From: Camelus ferus
Taxonomy: Eukaryota
Direction: 5' to 3'
DNA: 64,000 nucleotides
Assembly (NCBI RefSeq): GCF_009834535.1
Contig: NC_045707.1
Coordinates: 49,168,001 to 49,232,000, forward strand
A program made the translations under genes and the position numbers. Shown one piece after another: positions 13,810 through 25,888 of this stretch; the stretch's first letter is position 1; each line of letters opens with the position of its first letter. Below the pieces are notes generated by a model, which did not search any database, was not told the DNA's origin, and worked only from the letters and a program-made list of their open reading frames with translations.

Positions 13810-14369
13810 ATTTCCAACGACCAAATCAGTACATGTCCATAAAATATGGGGGGGGGGATCCTTTTCCAGTCATGAATGATGGGATGGCAGAACTGGACGA
13901 GAGGCCAAAGTTCTATCATAACTTATAGGTGCACTTTTCAGGTTTGGACTCAGCTGTAACATTACCCCTGCGTGAGGGCTGCTGCTCAGCTAACCAAGGG
14001 TCTTCTGTGATGGAGGTCAAGTTTCTCCATGCCATATTTATGTGACAAATATTTGTGTGATGGTCTGCCAGCCATCATCATGCAATTTATAGGCATTAGA
14101 ACCACGGGGACAGGTTCATTTGAGAAGAACCTGTTTTCTAGCTCTGCTTGTTACCTGTAAGTTGCCACAGAATGTGACAGACATGGGGGATTACACAACT
14201 TCTCCTGATTCTCTTTCTGAGAGCTTCTGTAATCTCCTTCTATCACCATAACTTGAGCAAAAACATGGCTACAAGCATCTAAACAGAATATGACCACCTT
14301 AAATCCATCCATATAAAAAAGATAAGTTACAACCACGCTATATCTCAAAAATTCAAGATAACTACAAAA

Positions 14370-15300
14370 TTCAAACATCAACAATATCATTAACTGTGGT
14401 AAGAGAATAAAGTAGATAAAATCATAAGATCACTCAAAGAGTTACAGAAAAAACACTGGATTCAACATTCAATTATGATAAAAGTATCAGTAAATAAGAA
14501 AAACAAACTTATTTTGATAAATATTAACAAAAATTCAATTATCAAATAACCTCATAGTAAAATGTTGAAAGCTTTCACTTTGAGATGAAAAGATGCATTA
14601 TGTCACTATTTGTCTTCAACTTTATACTATCAGTTTCAGTGTAATAAGTCAAGGAAAAAAAATAAAATGCAAAACAATTGAAGAAAAAACATTATTTGTA
14701 ATTTGCAGTTATCATGATTTGTCAGTTTAATAAATCCATAAAGTTCTATAGTAATTTAGTAAAGGCAATGATCAATAAGAAAACAAACAATAAACAATTG
14801 CATTTCCAGTAATATACTAGCAACAGAAAGTGAAATTCTTAGAAATAGACCAGTATGAGTAAGACTTTGATACAAAACTTTTAAGGTGTTATTAAGAAAA
14901 GTCAGAGACTGGAAAAAACAGAGGAATATACCACATTTATGTTTGAAAAACTTAGTGTTTTAAATGTGCCAATTCTATTCAAATATATGCAATACAGTCT
15001 CAATCAAAATCCCAGTAGGTTGGAAGAAAAATGATGATCTAATTCTAAAATACATATAGAAATGCAAAAGGCAAGGAAGTCAAGGCATTCTAAAAGAAGA
15101 TGAACCAAGTAGAAGCACTTGTTTTCCCAGATATTATAACACTATGGTAATTAAGGTAAGACAGAGCATAATTAGACAAAGGATGGGCACATAGACCAAT
15201 AGTATTGAATACAGAGCCTTGAAAAGACCTGCATGTAAAAGGAAAGTTGTTTTTTTCTATACGAAATAAGTTGAATACTTTAGAAAGACTCAAAGTTAGA
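14370..15300 (+). mobile_element. Ancient L1 ORF2 fragment (L1M-type)
   Basis: A-rich, with decayed ORF2 landmarks: ATTCAACATTCAATTATGATAAAA, ATGTTGAAAGCTTTC, TCAATCAAAATCCCAGTAGG, CTAATTCTAAAATACATATAGAAATGCAAAAGG, ATAGACCAAT. Confidence 0.75.
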
Positions 15301-16239
15301 TTTGTAAAAAGATATTGGTATTGAATTAGGTGTGGGGGACATACATATAAAAGACATGGAAAACATGGTTAAATCTGGAGGCATTCTCTTCTCAAATTAT
15401 TTCTTAAGTAAGTCTCTACACCTCCTTGCTTCTCTTTAGGAAAACTCAGACTGGAAATTACACAGAATGCATTTTGGTTGGATTTATTATTTTTAAAAAA
15501 ACCTGATGTGGAGTTTATGTCGAAGGATTCATACATACTCAAATCAGATTTTTGGCAGTAAGTCAAAATTTTGGAGAATAAATATGTAATTACCTACTAT
15601 AAATTAAGTTTATGTTTTTTTTTACCATTTTTTCTGCTGTATTATTTTTTCTATTAACTAACTTCCAGGACTGAATATATGAGATCAAAAGTTTTCTACT
15701 GGGCTTCTTATTACGAATTTTAATAATTATAATTAAAAAATAAGCATAGCAAGCAAAGAGTAATTGGTGGTTTTATTTGGTGATATCTATAATTTTGTAC
15801 TTTGTCCTGGACTGCAAATTAAGTACATCTGATAGAATTTCTTCAGGGACATTGGAAAACTGATGTGGAATGAAATATTTCCTTTGAGTGTTAGTTTTCA
15901 TTAAGATATTGGTAAGATGTAATTTAATTTTCAATAAAACAAAGCATAATTTTCTTATAACTAAAAACTCTGAACACTCAGACGTAAAATTGTCAGCTAA
16001 CAAGATTTGCTATTACAAAACTGTTTGACTTCTCAAAAAATAGGATAATCTCATGCTTCTCTTAAAGCACAGCCCTCCTACCTCCTTATATTTTACCTTG
16101 TTTAGTTACATGTTTCTGTTAATTAAAAACTAATTTTAAAATAATTTTTATCCCTAATGCCTCAGTAAGTTACTTTTCTTAGAAATGTTGAGGAAGTATT
16201 TTTTACCAGTTTTGTCTTATTCTTATTTTCTGGGCCATA

Positions 16240-16690
16240 TGTTTTTAAAAAATAACAGAAATACTAACAATCAACAGAAAGATGAGCAAAAATTGAAAGG
16301 ACACTCAAAAGAGGATATTCAAATAAACAGTAAATGCATAAAAATGTCCACAACTTCTTTGTCTTCAGGGAAATATATATGTATTTTTATGTATATATAA
16401 AATTCCATTTCACACCATCTAGAATGGCTAAAATGAAAGTTTGGTTAAGGTAGTGAAGTGACTGAGTGACTGTATGTCTTGACTACATCTAGACATATGC
16501 ATGTCCTATGGTCCTATAATTTCACTTTTGGGAATATATGCATAAGAAATGCATATGTATATTTACTAACATATTAATAAATTAATAAAAAAACACTATC
16601 TATGAAAGTCAAAAACTGGAATCCTCAAATGTCTCTCAAGAATAAAATGAATAAATAAAATTTTCATTATGTAGATCATTTAAAAAATGA
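16240..16690 (+). mobile_element. Ancient L1 3' fragment (L1ME-like)
   Basis: CCATTTCACACCATCTAGAATGGCTAAAATGAAA and AAAAACTGGAA...CAAATGTC are ORF2 C-terminal landmarks. Confidence 0.7.
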
Positions 16691-19600
16691 TGACTAAAAT
16701 AAAAGTAAAATAAAAGTTGCATTAATATAGAATACAGAAATAGCAAAAATATTCAATAAATTATTTTTTTAGATTAACAAAATCACTTGAAGAATATAAA
16801 AATCAATAGGGTAAACTAATATGAATAACTCAACAGTTGGTTTAAATCCCAGAGATGAGTTTTCTTTAAATCTTAAAAATGATTGAAACATTATTTTCAC
16901 TGTTTTCTTTTAAAGTTAACTTGAAGACAGAAATCAGAAACAGAATATACAGAAAATATTGACAATAAGAGTACTAGATACAGACAATAAAGGAATGTGA
17001 ATAAAGTCATTCATTAGAAGTTAAGGTCAAAACGTAAAATTTTGTAATTATTTAGCAAAAAAAGAATAAATGAACTAGGCCAAATTTGTTGTATATGAGA
17101 ATTATCTGTGGAGCTTAATTAAATTAAATGCAAAATTCACAGAAGTCCTGATTGTTTACATTTGTGTTGGGGGACCTCTTAAAAACTACCCTGAAATTCT
17201 AATGCAAGTGATCTTTGGCCTAGTCTTTGAGAAAATGTAACTAAGCATTCAACTTAAAATTCTGTTCACCAAATGGAAAGGGGAAAAATCTAGCTGTGGG
17301 CCAAATTTTTAAACACTGAATTGGCACAAGCATTCAATTCAACACAATTAAACCTTACTTGTGTTACTAGAAGATGAAAGAAAGAAATAACAACCAAAAA
17401 CTATACTAGAGAAAGAATAATCTTTTACTTTTTTCCCTAAACATGCTTTGATCTTGAGCTCTGCCTTAGAATTTAATTCACAAAGTCATTAAGGAAAACA
17501 CTAAAGCTGTGGTTCTTTGAACTAAGACTCTCTGAAGGCACGTACATCAACAGGATGGCAAGCTAGAACTTCCAGAAAAGAGGAGGCTGATACTGGATTC
17601 TTCTAGAGCAGGAATGCCCACAGATTTTTTAAAAATTTAACATCTTGTATTTGACTTTGAATCATTCAGTACTTTTCTGTAACCGTCTATTATACCTCAT
17701 GAAATTGCTGCCTTAGGGAAAGAGAAGAAACTTGCTCTCATGATTTTGTTATCAAAAGAGAGCCAAGAAATGAAAGAATTGTATGGTATATGAATTGCAT
17801 TACAAAAAAGCTATTAAAAAAAAAAGATGAAAGAGAACCAAGGTATCTGGAACAATGCATAGATTCAACTACTAGGCTGTCTCAAATAACTAAGGACTAA
17901 GAAGTAACCTACAAGAGCAAATGTCTCTTCAGTATGCATGCAAACATTGGGAAGGGCTGTGAACTTCCCACAGTTTCAAGTGGGGGACTTCATAAGTAAT
18001 TTTACCTAAATAGTAAGAGGAAGGATAGTTCTAGAATGCTAGAAGACTTGAAGATAAAACATGCCTGGAGGACCACAAAGTTAAGACTTTATTTTTTTAA
18101 GGTATTTAAATGTTATAATCCCACTAAATTGATAAACTTTCCTCGGGACACAGTACATATTTTGGCTTGTGGGTTTTCAGAGGAGAAAACAATTCATATA
18201 AAAGGGATAACAGTTGGATTAACATTAACACTGAGTAAATAAATATGTAAAAATATATAATTAAATTCTGGTTTTTACTTTCTATATAGTCATCTAAATA
18301 TATTAGCAGAATATGAACAGACTAAATTGTCAAGCGATTAGGTACTAAAATGGTTGTTAGGTTGAAAGTTTTTTTGAGTTTGAAGTAAAACTATCACAGG
18401 AATCAGACCACGAGTAAAGACAGTGAAACAATGGAGAAAAATCAGCAGCCTTACTTTACAGAACTCTGTGGAGAATGAGCGAATGACTAAATTCAAGAAA
18501 AACTAATAAATTAAAAATATGTAATTATGTTGTCTTTTGTGAAATTTGTTCTATTTTATCAATTGCAGCTTAGAATATAAGTTCAGGATTTCTATGCAAC
18601 TGGAAACAGAAGAAATATTCATAAGTTACTCTTTCAAAAGAGGGAAAAAAATGCCATGAAAGCTCTGTACATTAGAACAGAGTAGAAAATTGTCATCTTT
18701 TTGCTAGAGAAACAAATATTTTTTAGTGGCCATGCCCTCTTTTTAGTTTCAATAATGGTTGGCCATTTTTATCCTCAGATAGAAAGAACACATTTTCTTC
18801 TCACTTCTCCTCCTTTGCTTCATCACTTTGAATACCACTACTCACTGAAGATTTCTGTAAAGAAATTTTTACCATATTTAATTTTTCTTATACATTAGTT
18901 TCAGCACTAAGTTCTATCTCTAAACAGAGACTGAAAGAAGTCTAAAATAAATGAATGAGTACAAAGAGAAATTTGTATGTGACATTAAATAGATTGATCC
19001 CATATCATGGTCGTCCAAAGAGAAAGTACTCTGAGGTGAATTAATTTAAAGTCTTATTGTGAAGTCAATCTTTTGTAAGACATAAGTGGAAGAGTTTATT
19101 GGCAGAAAGCATTGCTTCATTTAAGACTTGCTAATATTTTAAGATCATAGTAGCAACATTTTAATTAGGACCAACACTTGTTATTTTTAAAGTGCCAAAA
19201 ACACATATCTGACTTTAAGAGTCTTTTATCTCAAAGCAAACAGAGCTTGCTCTCCTTTCCATAAGATGTTAATGAGATGTTGACAAATGCTTGGTATTTT
19301 TAACATAATTAACAGTAAGTTATTTTGAATCTTTCAAGCTATTTTGCAATGTGACTTTTGCTTTTTAATCTTATTATAATTAGGCATAATAGAACAGATT
19401 AAAAATATGAGTAAAATAAAAATGGTTAAATGTTGATGAATTTTGAAGACATCCTTTTGTCTAATGCAGTAACTCTCCCAGTAAATTTAGTATGACATGA
19501 TCATACCAAGGTGATAGAGTTCTTTGGTTGCAAAACTTAAACAAGGCATTTGAAGAGAGTGACTTTAATCAATTTTAGCTAGAAAGTATAATGAGAGTCT

Positions 19601-20679
19601 GAAGAAACAATTCAAACAAGCTCAAAATATTAAATAGCTAATTTAAATTGTTGGACCTTGTGGGTAATTTATGCACATAACTTGACCAGGTAAGATGGGA
19701 AAACCACTGATTGCAGGGTCAGGATCCCTGGAGGCTTAGCCTATTCTCTACCTTTATGACCACCGTTTCCACATTTATTAAAATAAGGTATTGGACAGAA
19801 TCCTCAATGACCCTTCCCCTCCAGATTTTATAGTTCATCATTACAACCAAAATATAATTCCCTCTAGAAAAATTCATTTCCCTACATTACAAAAACTACA
19901 TAGCTCTTAGATACTCACGTTATTGGACTGACTTATTTTTAACCAGAAAACCTCTGAAGATGATTGGAATTACACAACTATTGTTTCCTAATCCAATTTG
20001 ATAAATGCATACCAAATACTCATACACTGAAAAGCAACTGCGATGGTAGAAATACGAAAATGCCAAATTTCAGGCCAGTATTGCCAGATAAAGTATTACA
20101 TGGATCAAGTGTCATCCATGTCACTACATGTTGTATTGACTACAAAACAGTTAAGAAAGGAGTGCTTTCTTTTGTCTCGGGGGATTTAAGGGAAGATGTT
20201 GAGCAGGAAATGGCATTGTGGGAGCTTTAGATTGTTTAAATTCCAAAATAAAAGATTTTTGAGAGGTATAAATAGAAATGGAATAGAGAAAGCAACAGGC
20301 TTACAGATTGAATGGTTGTAAAATCAGAGTTCAGATTACAGTGAACTATAAATCATACTGATTGCATTATATATCAACTTGCTGGCTTTTCCTAATCTAG
20401 AGTCTCATTTTCAAAGGAAGTTGCCCTTCTTTTGTTCTCCTTTATGACTGGTGGTCATCGATCCAGCCACATTGTTCTTATGCCCCACTGCAAACAACAA
20501 TATGACTTTCAAGAGAGGAAAAAGGATGTGTCTTCAATTAAAGAATTATTTACATCAAAATTAATTGAACTTCAAGGACTACTACCTTGGTCCATCTACC
20601 TCCTGTAACATTCTATCATTGCTGTGTGAATTTTTCTAAGAGAATTAATTAAGGTATTTTTCACTCTTGGTTATATTTG

Positions 20680-20870
20680 TTTATCTACTTAATAAACGTT
20701 CAAAGAGTACTATCTACATGTCAGACTTGTTTTAAGCAACAGGCATATATTGATGTGCAGAACACAAAGCAGGGGCTTCTATTGCCTGGATCAATGGATG
20801 ATGCTGACAGCAGTGAACAAAGTAGGTCTCACTGCCCAGAACTTACATTCTAGTGGTAGAGACTCGCACT
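20680..20870 (-). mobile_element. L2 3' end fragment
   Basis: AATAAACGTT...TACATGTCAGAC...ACAGCAGTGAACAA...CTTACATTCTAGTGG. Confidence 0.6.
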
Positions 20871-21919
20871 CAATTTACACTGTCATGACTAATATAGTTT
20901 AGGACTCAGAAAAAGCTTCTCCATATCTCTTGTTCTACATTCTGGAGAAAAAGGCAACTGTATCCCAGGACTGTTAAGATAATATGGATTGTGTTTCTCT
21001 CTTCATCAGTAATAGACATTGCTTTGGGATGTGGGGATGATTTGAGTGATGAAAATCTTTGGGTAGAGAAGATTAGCTCATAATTAATCAGATTACTAAC
21101 TCAAAATTCTTCCCCTCATTACATGAATGCAATACATTTTTACATAAAATAAAGTACCATTTTACAGTAGTGTTGACTATTCTTGCTTCTTTCTCTTCTC
21201 ATTTACAATTCTAGGGGTACTCAAGAATTAATGTGATGTTCTCAATAGTTGCACATGGTAGCTGAGGAATATTTCACAATATTAAGCAATTCATATTACT
21301 CTTAAAATAGAATATGTTGTTCCAGACGCAACATGGAAAATAATATCTATACCTTACACTGGTTTTTACATCTTGGTGTTGCTTTACAAGGCAGTAAAAC
21401 TTGTTATATAAGTGACAATAGTTATGTGATAAAATTAATATTTTTGTAACATATATTCTGATAAAATAATTTACTTTATGCAATCTCTTTTTAATGTTTA
21501 AAGACAGTACGTAAAAATCATGTTTCATTTCCAAGTTTTATTTGAGAATTCTATTCATAATTTTAGTTGCTTCTACTTTAGCAAAGCTTCTCTAAATTTA
21601 AATTACTTTTAAAAATTATCAAAGAATTATAAAGAATCAAGAAAGATTAACTTCATATTATTATCAATAGACTACAAATTATGTGAAAATCTTGATAATA
21701 AGAATATAATTATTGATTATTCTATAATAGAGGCAATAAAATTAATGTCATAGAATACGTATTTAATAATTTATGAATTACATTCATAAATCAAACATCC
21801 CTGGCTCAACCATGCAACACCAAGATATACATAATAATAATTAAATTCAGCCAGCGTATAGTAAGTATTCAACATATTTCTATTGAATGAGTAAACAAAT
21901 GTTCACATTTGGGTTTATC

Positions 21920-22450
21920 AATATCAGCAGTTTCTTACTTGCAGTGAATGCTTTCGGCAATTGATCTTTTCATGTTTAATACATTACCACATTCACTACC
22001 AGTCTTTCTCTTCCACAACCTGCCTAATTGAAATTTTAATTTTTCAGAAAAGATAATTTTGTAGCTAGAGAACTACTGGGTTAAATTTTTTTCTTCCTTA
22101 AAGCTCTATAGACATTGTTCCTCTGTCTTATGAAATTTATTGTTTTATTGAAGTCTCCTACTAACCTGATTTTTGTTCTTTGTGGGTAATTTATTTTTCT
22201 TGCTTGGATGCATTCAGAATTCTTTCCTTATTTTTGACATTTATAATTTTCAGGTATGTTTCAAGATAAATGCTCGTTTGATTCATTTATCCTAGAAACA
22301 AGTTAAGGATTTTAGTTTCCAGACCCAGAATCTTTTCCACTTTCTTTTTTTCCCTATTGTTCTGGGATAGCTTTCTTCAAAAAAAAAAAAAAAAAAAAGC
22401 TTGATTACTGTCTCTATTTGCCTTGTTCTGTTTTCTTCTAAAGAAATATT
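21920..22450 (-). mobile_element. Ancient L1/HAL1-like fragment containing a 20-nt poly(A) run (22379-22398)
   Basis: T-rich strand with GAAAGATAATTTTG...CATTGTTCCTCTGTCTT...GAAGTCT...CCTGATTTT, typical of old L1 ORF1-region antisense sequence. Confidence 0.5.
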
Positions 22451-24499
22451 TATTAATGTATAATAATTTATTTATGATGAAAAAGCAATGTAAATTATTT
22501 GAGGAAAGAAATAATCATTTTATATCTTCACTGGATTCCACACCACAGACATATTCTAGTAGTAGCAGTATATTTATAGGTTAAAAATAATATTATAGTA
22601 CCACCTAGAAGAAAATAAAATACACTGTAAACCTGAAAGCTCAAGAAGGATGTTTAACTGTTTAGACTTATGTTTACCATAGGCCTTGCCAATTTAATTA
22701 TTCTTGTCTCTAGAACCAATGCTGGTCCAGATTATCAAGTTGAGCCTCATGTGATCCTTTCCTGGCCATCATTACATACCTTTCTGTCCTTATTTCCCAC
22801 ATACCCTCAGCAGTAGACCCTGCATCCCAACTAGAGTGGAGAGTCTATGGCCCCACAGCATCACACACTCTTTTCTATATCAAATGCCCTTTCCCCTACA
22901 TCTTTTGATATGATAAAGTTTACCTGAAGTCCCTCTTGCTGTTTGAAAACTCTTCTCATTACTAAATCTACCAAGGCTATCCCCTCTTTAGTATTCTATA
23001 CAACAGATTGTTTCATTATCAGACCCTGATAAACATGTACAGCCATAAAAGTAATGATGGTGTGCATGCATAGCAGTTGATTCCTTATAACCACAGTAGA
23101 GATGAACAAACAGGTGGAAGTAATGACTTTGCTGGGCAACACCATCACAGTGAGCTCTTATCAGCACTATGGTTCAATCCTGGCTTGAGTCCCACTTCTT
23201 CCAGTCTCATCACTTTAATATGACTGTATCATCAACCACACAAACCCCTCTTAGATGTGAGGGATGCTGCTGCTGCCTATGCTTTTACTTCTCTTATATT
23301 CTATACTTTGTTTATTCTCCACTTATCATCTGCTACTTTCAAAATGTCCTGTTACGTTCCACAGTGCTCCTAAACAGAAGTCTTGTACTTTGTTCAGCAA
23401 TTTTCACTCACTCATTGCTGTTCAGCATGCTGCCATCTTTCCACAGCCTTGGAGCTTTTGCATCCTCATAGACCTTGGTAATGGCTGAGTGTTTTGGGAC
23501 CACTTGTCCTCAATTCTTTGTGCAATCCTAGGACATCATACATCTCATTTCTCCAAAAGAAAGGAAATTGTTCTCCTGCAACCAACCTCAGCTCTACTTC
23601 CATCTCCAATCCTCCCTCACTTATTTCCTTCTTTATCTTCAAATTTACAGCTCTGTTTATTTAATCTGAGTAATTATCCCAACATACATTTTCCCTTTTC
23701 ATCTGCTCCTCAGGTGAAGGTAGAGCTATAAATTCTATTCTAAATCTGTGGTGTTAGGCTCATTTTGAAAGCAACTTATCCTGCTGTGCTTAAAATCTTC
23801 TGTAATTTTCCTCAACCTGGGAAAAAGAAAAATGTGCTCCACAGTCATATAGAAGGTGCAGATTAAAAGAGCAAGACCCTAATTTTATTGTCTTCTGTTC
23901 TAGCTTTAAAAGCCAATTAAATGTGACTTTTACTCATATACAACTTGATTTTCTCTTTGAAATTTAGTATCAGTCATTAAAACCACGATGGACAGAAACA
24001 AAATAAATAGAAAACAAGCATGCTAGCTGACAGTAAAAGTCCTGGTGCCAAAAGAGGTAGCAATATGAATTCAACTCTGTTCTGCATTGACAACATCATC
24101 CTAATGTAGCTTTTGCTTATAAAGCTGCTAGTATTCTTTTGAAATGGCAGTGTTAGTGAATTGTGGCACTAAAAAGCTAATCCATTCTTGGCAACATAAA
24201 AAAAGAAACAATTCTCTTTGTAGTCAGAAGATTATGTTCCCCTGCTTTAAAAAATGTGTTTTTAAAAATTATATATTTAGATTTTACTTTGCCTGAAAAT
24301 TATGCTTTTACTTGTGTAGGGTTGTGTGTGTAGGCATGTGAGTTCATATATAAGTGGTTGCTTAAATCATAAGATGGGAACACAAAGACTGTACAAGGAT
24401 GTTAGACATGGTCCTCACCTCAACTTGGCAGAAGGATTGTAAGTGAGATCAAAAGTCTGGATTTGGCAGTGCAGATGGGACTAGTAAAGTTCTAAGCAT

Positions 24500-24870
24500 G
24501 TCATTTTCTTCATACACTGATGTCTACCTCAATACCCATTCCCAGCGATTTTTTTCTCTTGACTATGACTTCCCATTTACCCCAACTAGGAATGGCCATA
24601 TGGCGCTGTTTGGGGCAATAGGACATAAGCAGAAGTGTACTGGGTAGTTCTTCTGGGGATGTGTTTGCTCTCCAGTAGAAGAAACAGAATTCCCCATTCT
24701 CTATATCTTCCTGATTTAATGTAGGTATGTTTCTGTATCAGAGACAGCTATTTAGCCATCATGAGAAAGCAGCTAAGATAATCACAGAAATTATGTGCTT
24801 AAAACATTGTTGAGACATTGAGACATTAACAGCTTCTTCTTACCTCTTGACACTAAGAAATAAAAAACCT
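24500..24870 (+). mobile_element. MaLR LTR (MLT1J-like)
   Basis: GGCCATATGG...GGCAATAGGACATAAGCAGAAGTG, CAGCTATTTAGCCATCATGAG, AAATAAA. Confidence 0.65.
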
Positions 24871-25484
24871 CACTCCCAGTCATGGACCATGGGACTTCCC
24901 TACATGACGATACCCCAGGGAATGAAGAAGTAATGCAGGGCCTCTAATATTTTCTAGGTGAGAGGATGGAGACACTAGCCTTTCCTCCACTGTGACTGTC
25001 AACTATGATCATTGATCCACAATTTATTTCTAACTTATACCAGGCACACTGATAAATTCATACCTGAAAATATATTTCAGTGGTAATGAGAGCTACAATT
25101 TTAGCACTTTTTATTTGCAAGGCACTGTACCTAACACTTCATCTGTTTATTTTGTTTACACTATGCCCTCACGTACACAAAAACATAACATAAACAAATA
25201 AGAGCAACAAAAACTACCTTAGGATCTAACATTGGCTTTCAGAAAAGTTCTCATTTTCCATAAAGTGGTAAGTAGCAGTCTCAACTTTTCTTTGCTAATA
25301 ATTGGCACAGCTGAGATTTGAAACCCACAACAAATCTAACTGCAGAGAACCCCTCTGACACATTCTATTTGGCCAGCAAGGGGTTGAATAATAGGTTTAT
25401 CTTCATAGAAAACATATTTTGGAATACTATAATCATTGCGCAATAATGCTGCAAAAGCACTATTTTCTTCTTCTAATACAAATG

Positions 25485-25888
25485 TGTTGGTTCAAAACCT
25501 CGGGAACTTCCCCAGTGAAATGTGAAATTGGCCCTTGTACACAGAAGGCAAGGAGAGACTGAAGAAGGAGGCAGACCACTTCGGACTGATGGACAACAGG
25601 CCTAATATGCAAGAGATTCTACACAGAAGGCTTGTCTTGGGTGACTGTAAAACAAGCAGACCTTGACACCTGCCTGCTAGAATTTTAAAAGTCTGGACAG
25701 AGGCCTTCACTGGATTCAGTCACGTGTATATGGTCCAGATGGCCTCAGCAACACATTACTCTTTCAATGTTGCTCCTACTGTGGGAATGAGGGGCAGTGC
25801 AGGGGAGGGAGAGGGGGAGCCTCCCACTGCCTGGGTCCAGCTCTCAGGTCAACTGGCGGTCACGGCCTCTCAATGACCTCCTCCAACA
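25485..25888 (-). mobile_element. Solo LTR, ERVL-class, with terminal inverted repeats and TSD
   Basis: Begins TGTTGG (25485) and ends CCAACA (25888). Flanked by AAATG/AAAGG (5-bp TSD, one mismatch). GC-richer than its flanks. Orientation inferred. Confidence 0.8.
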
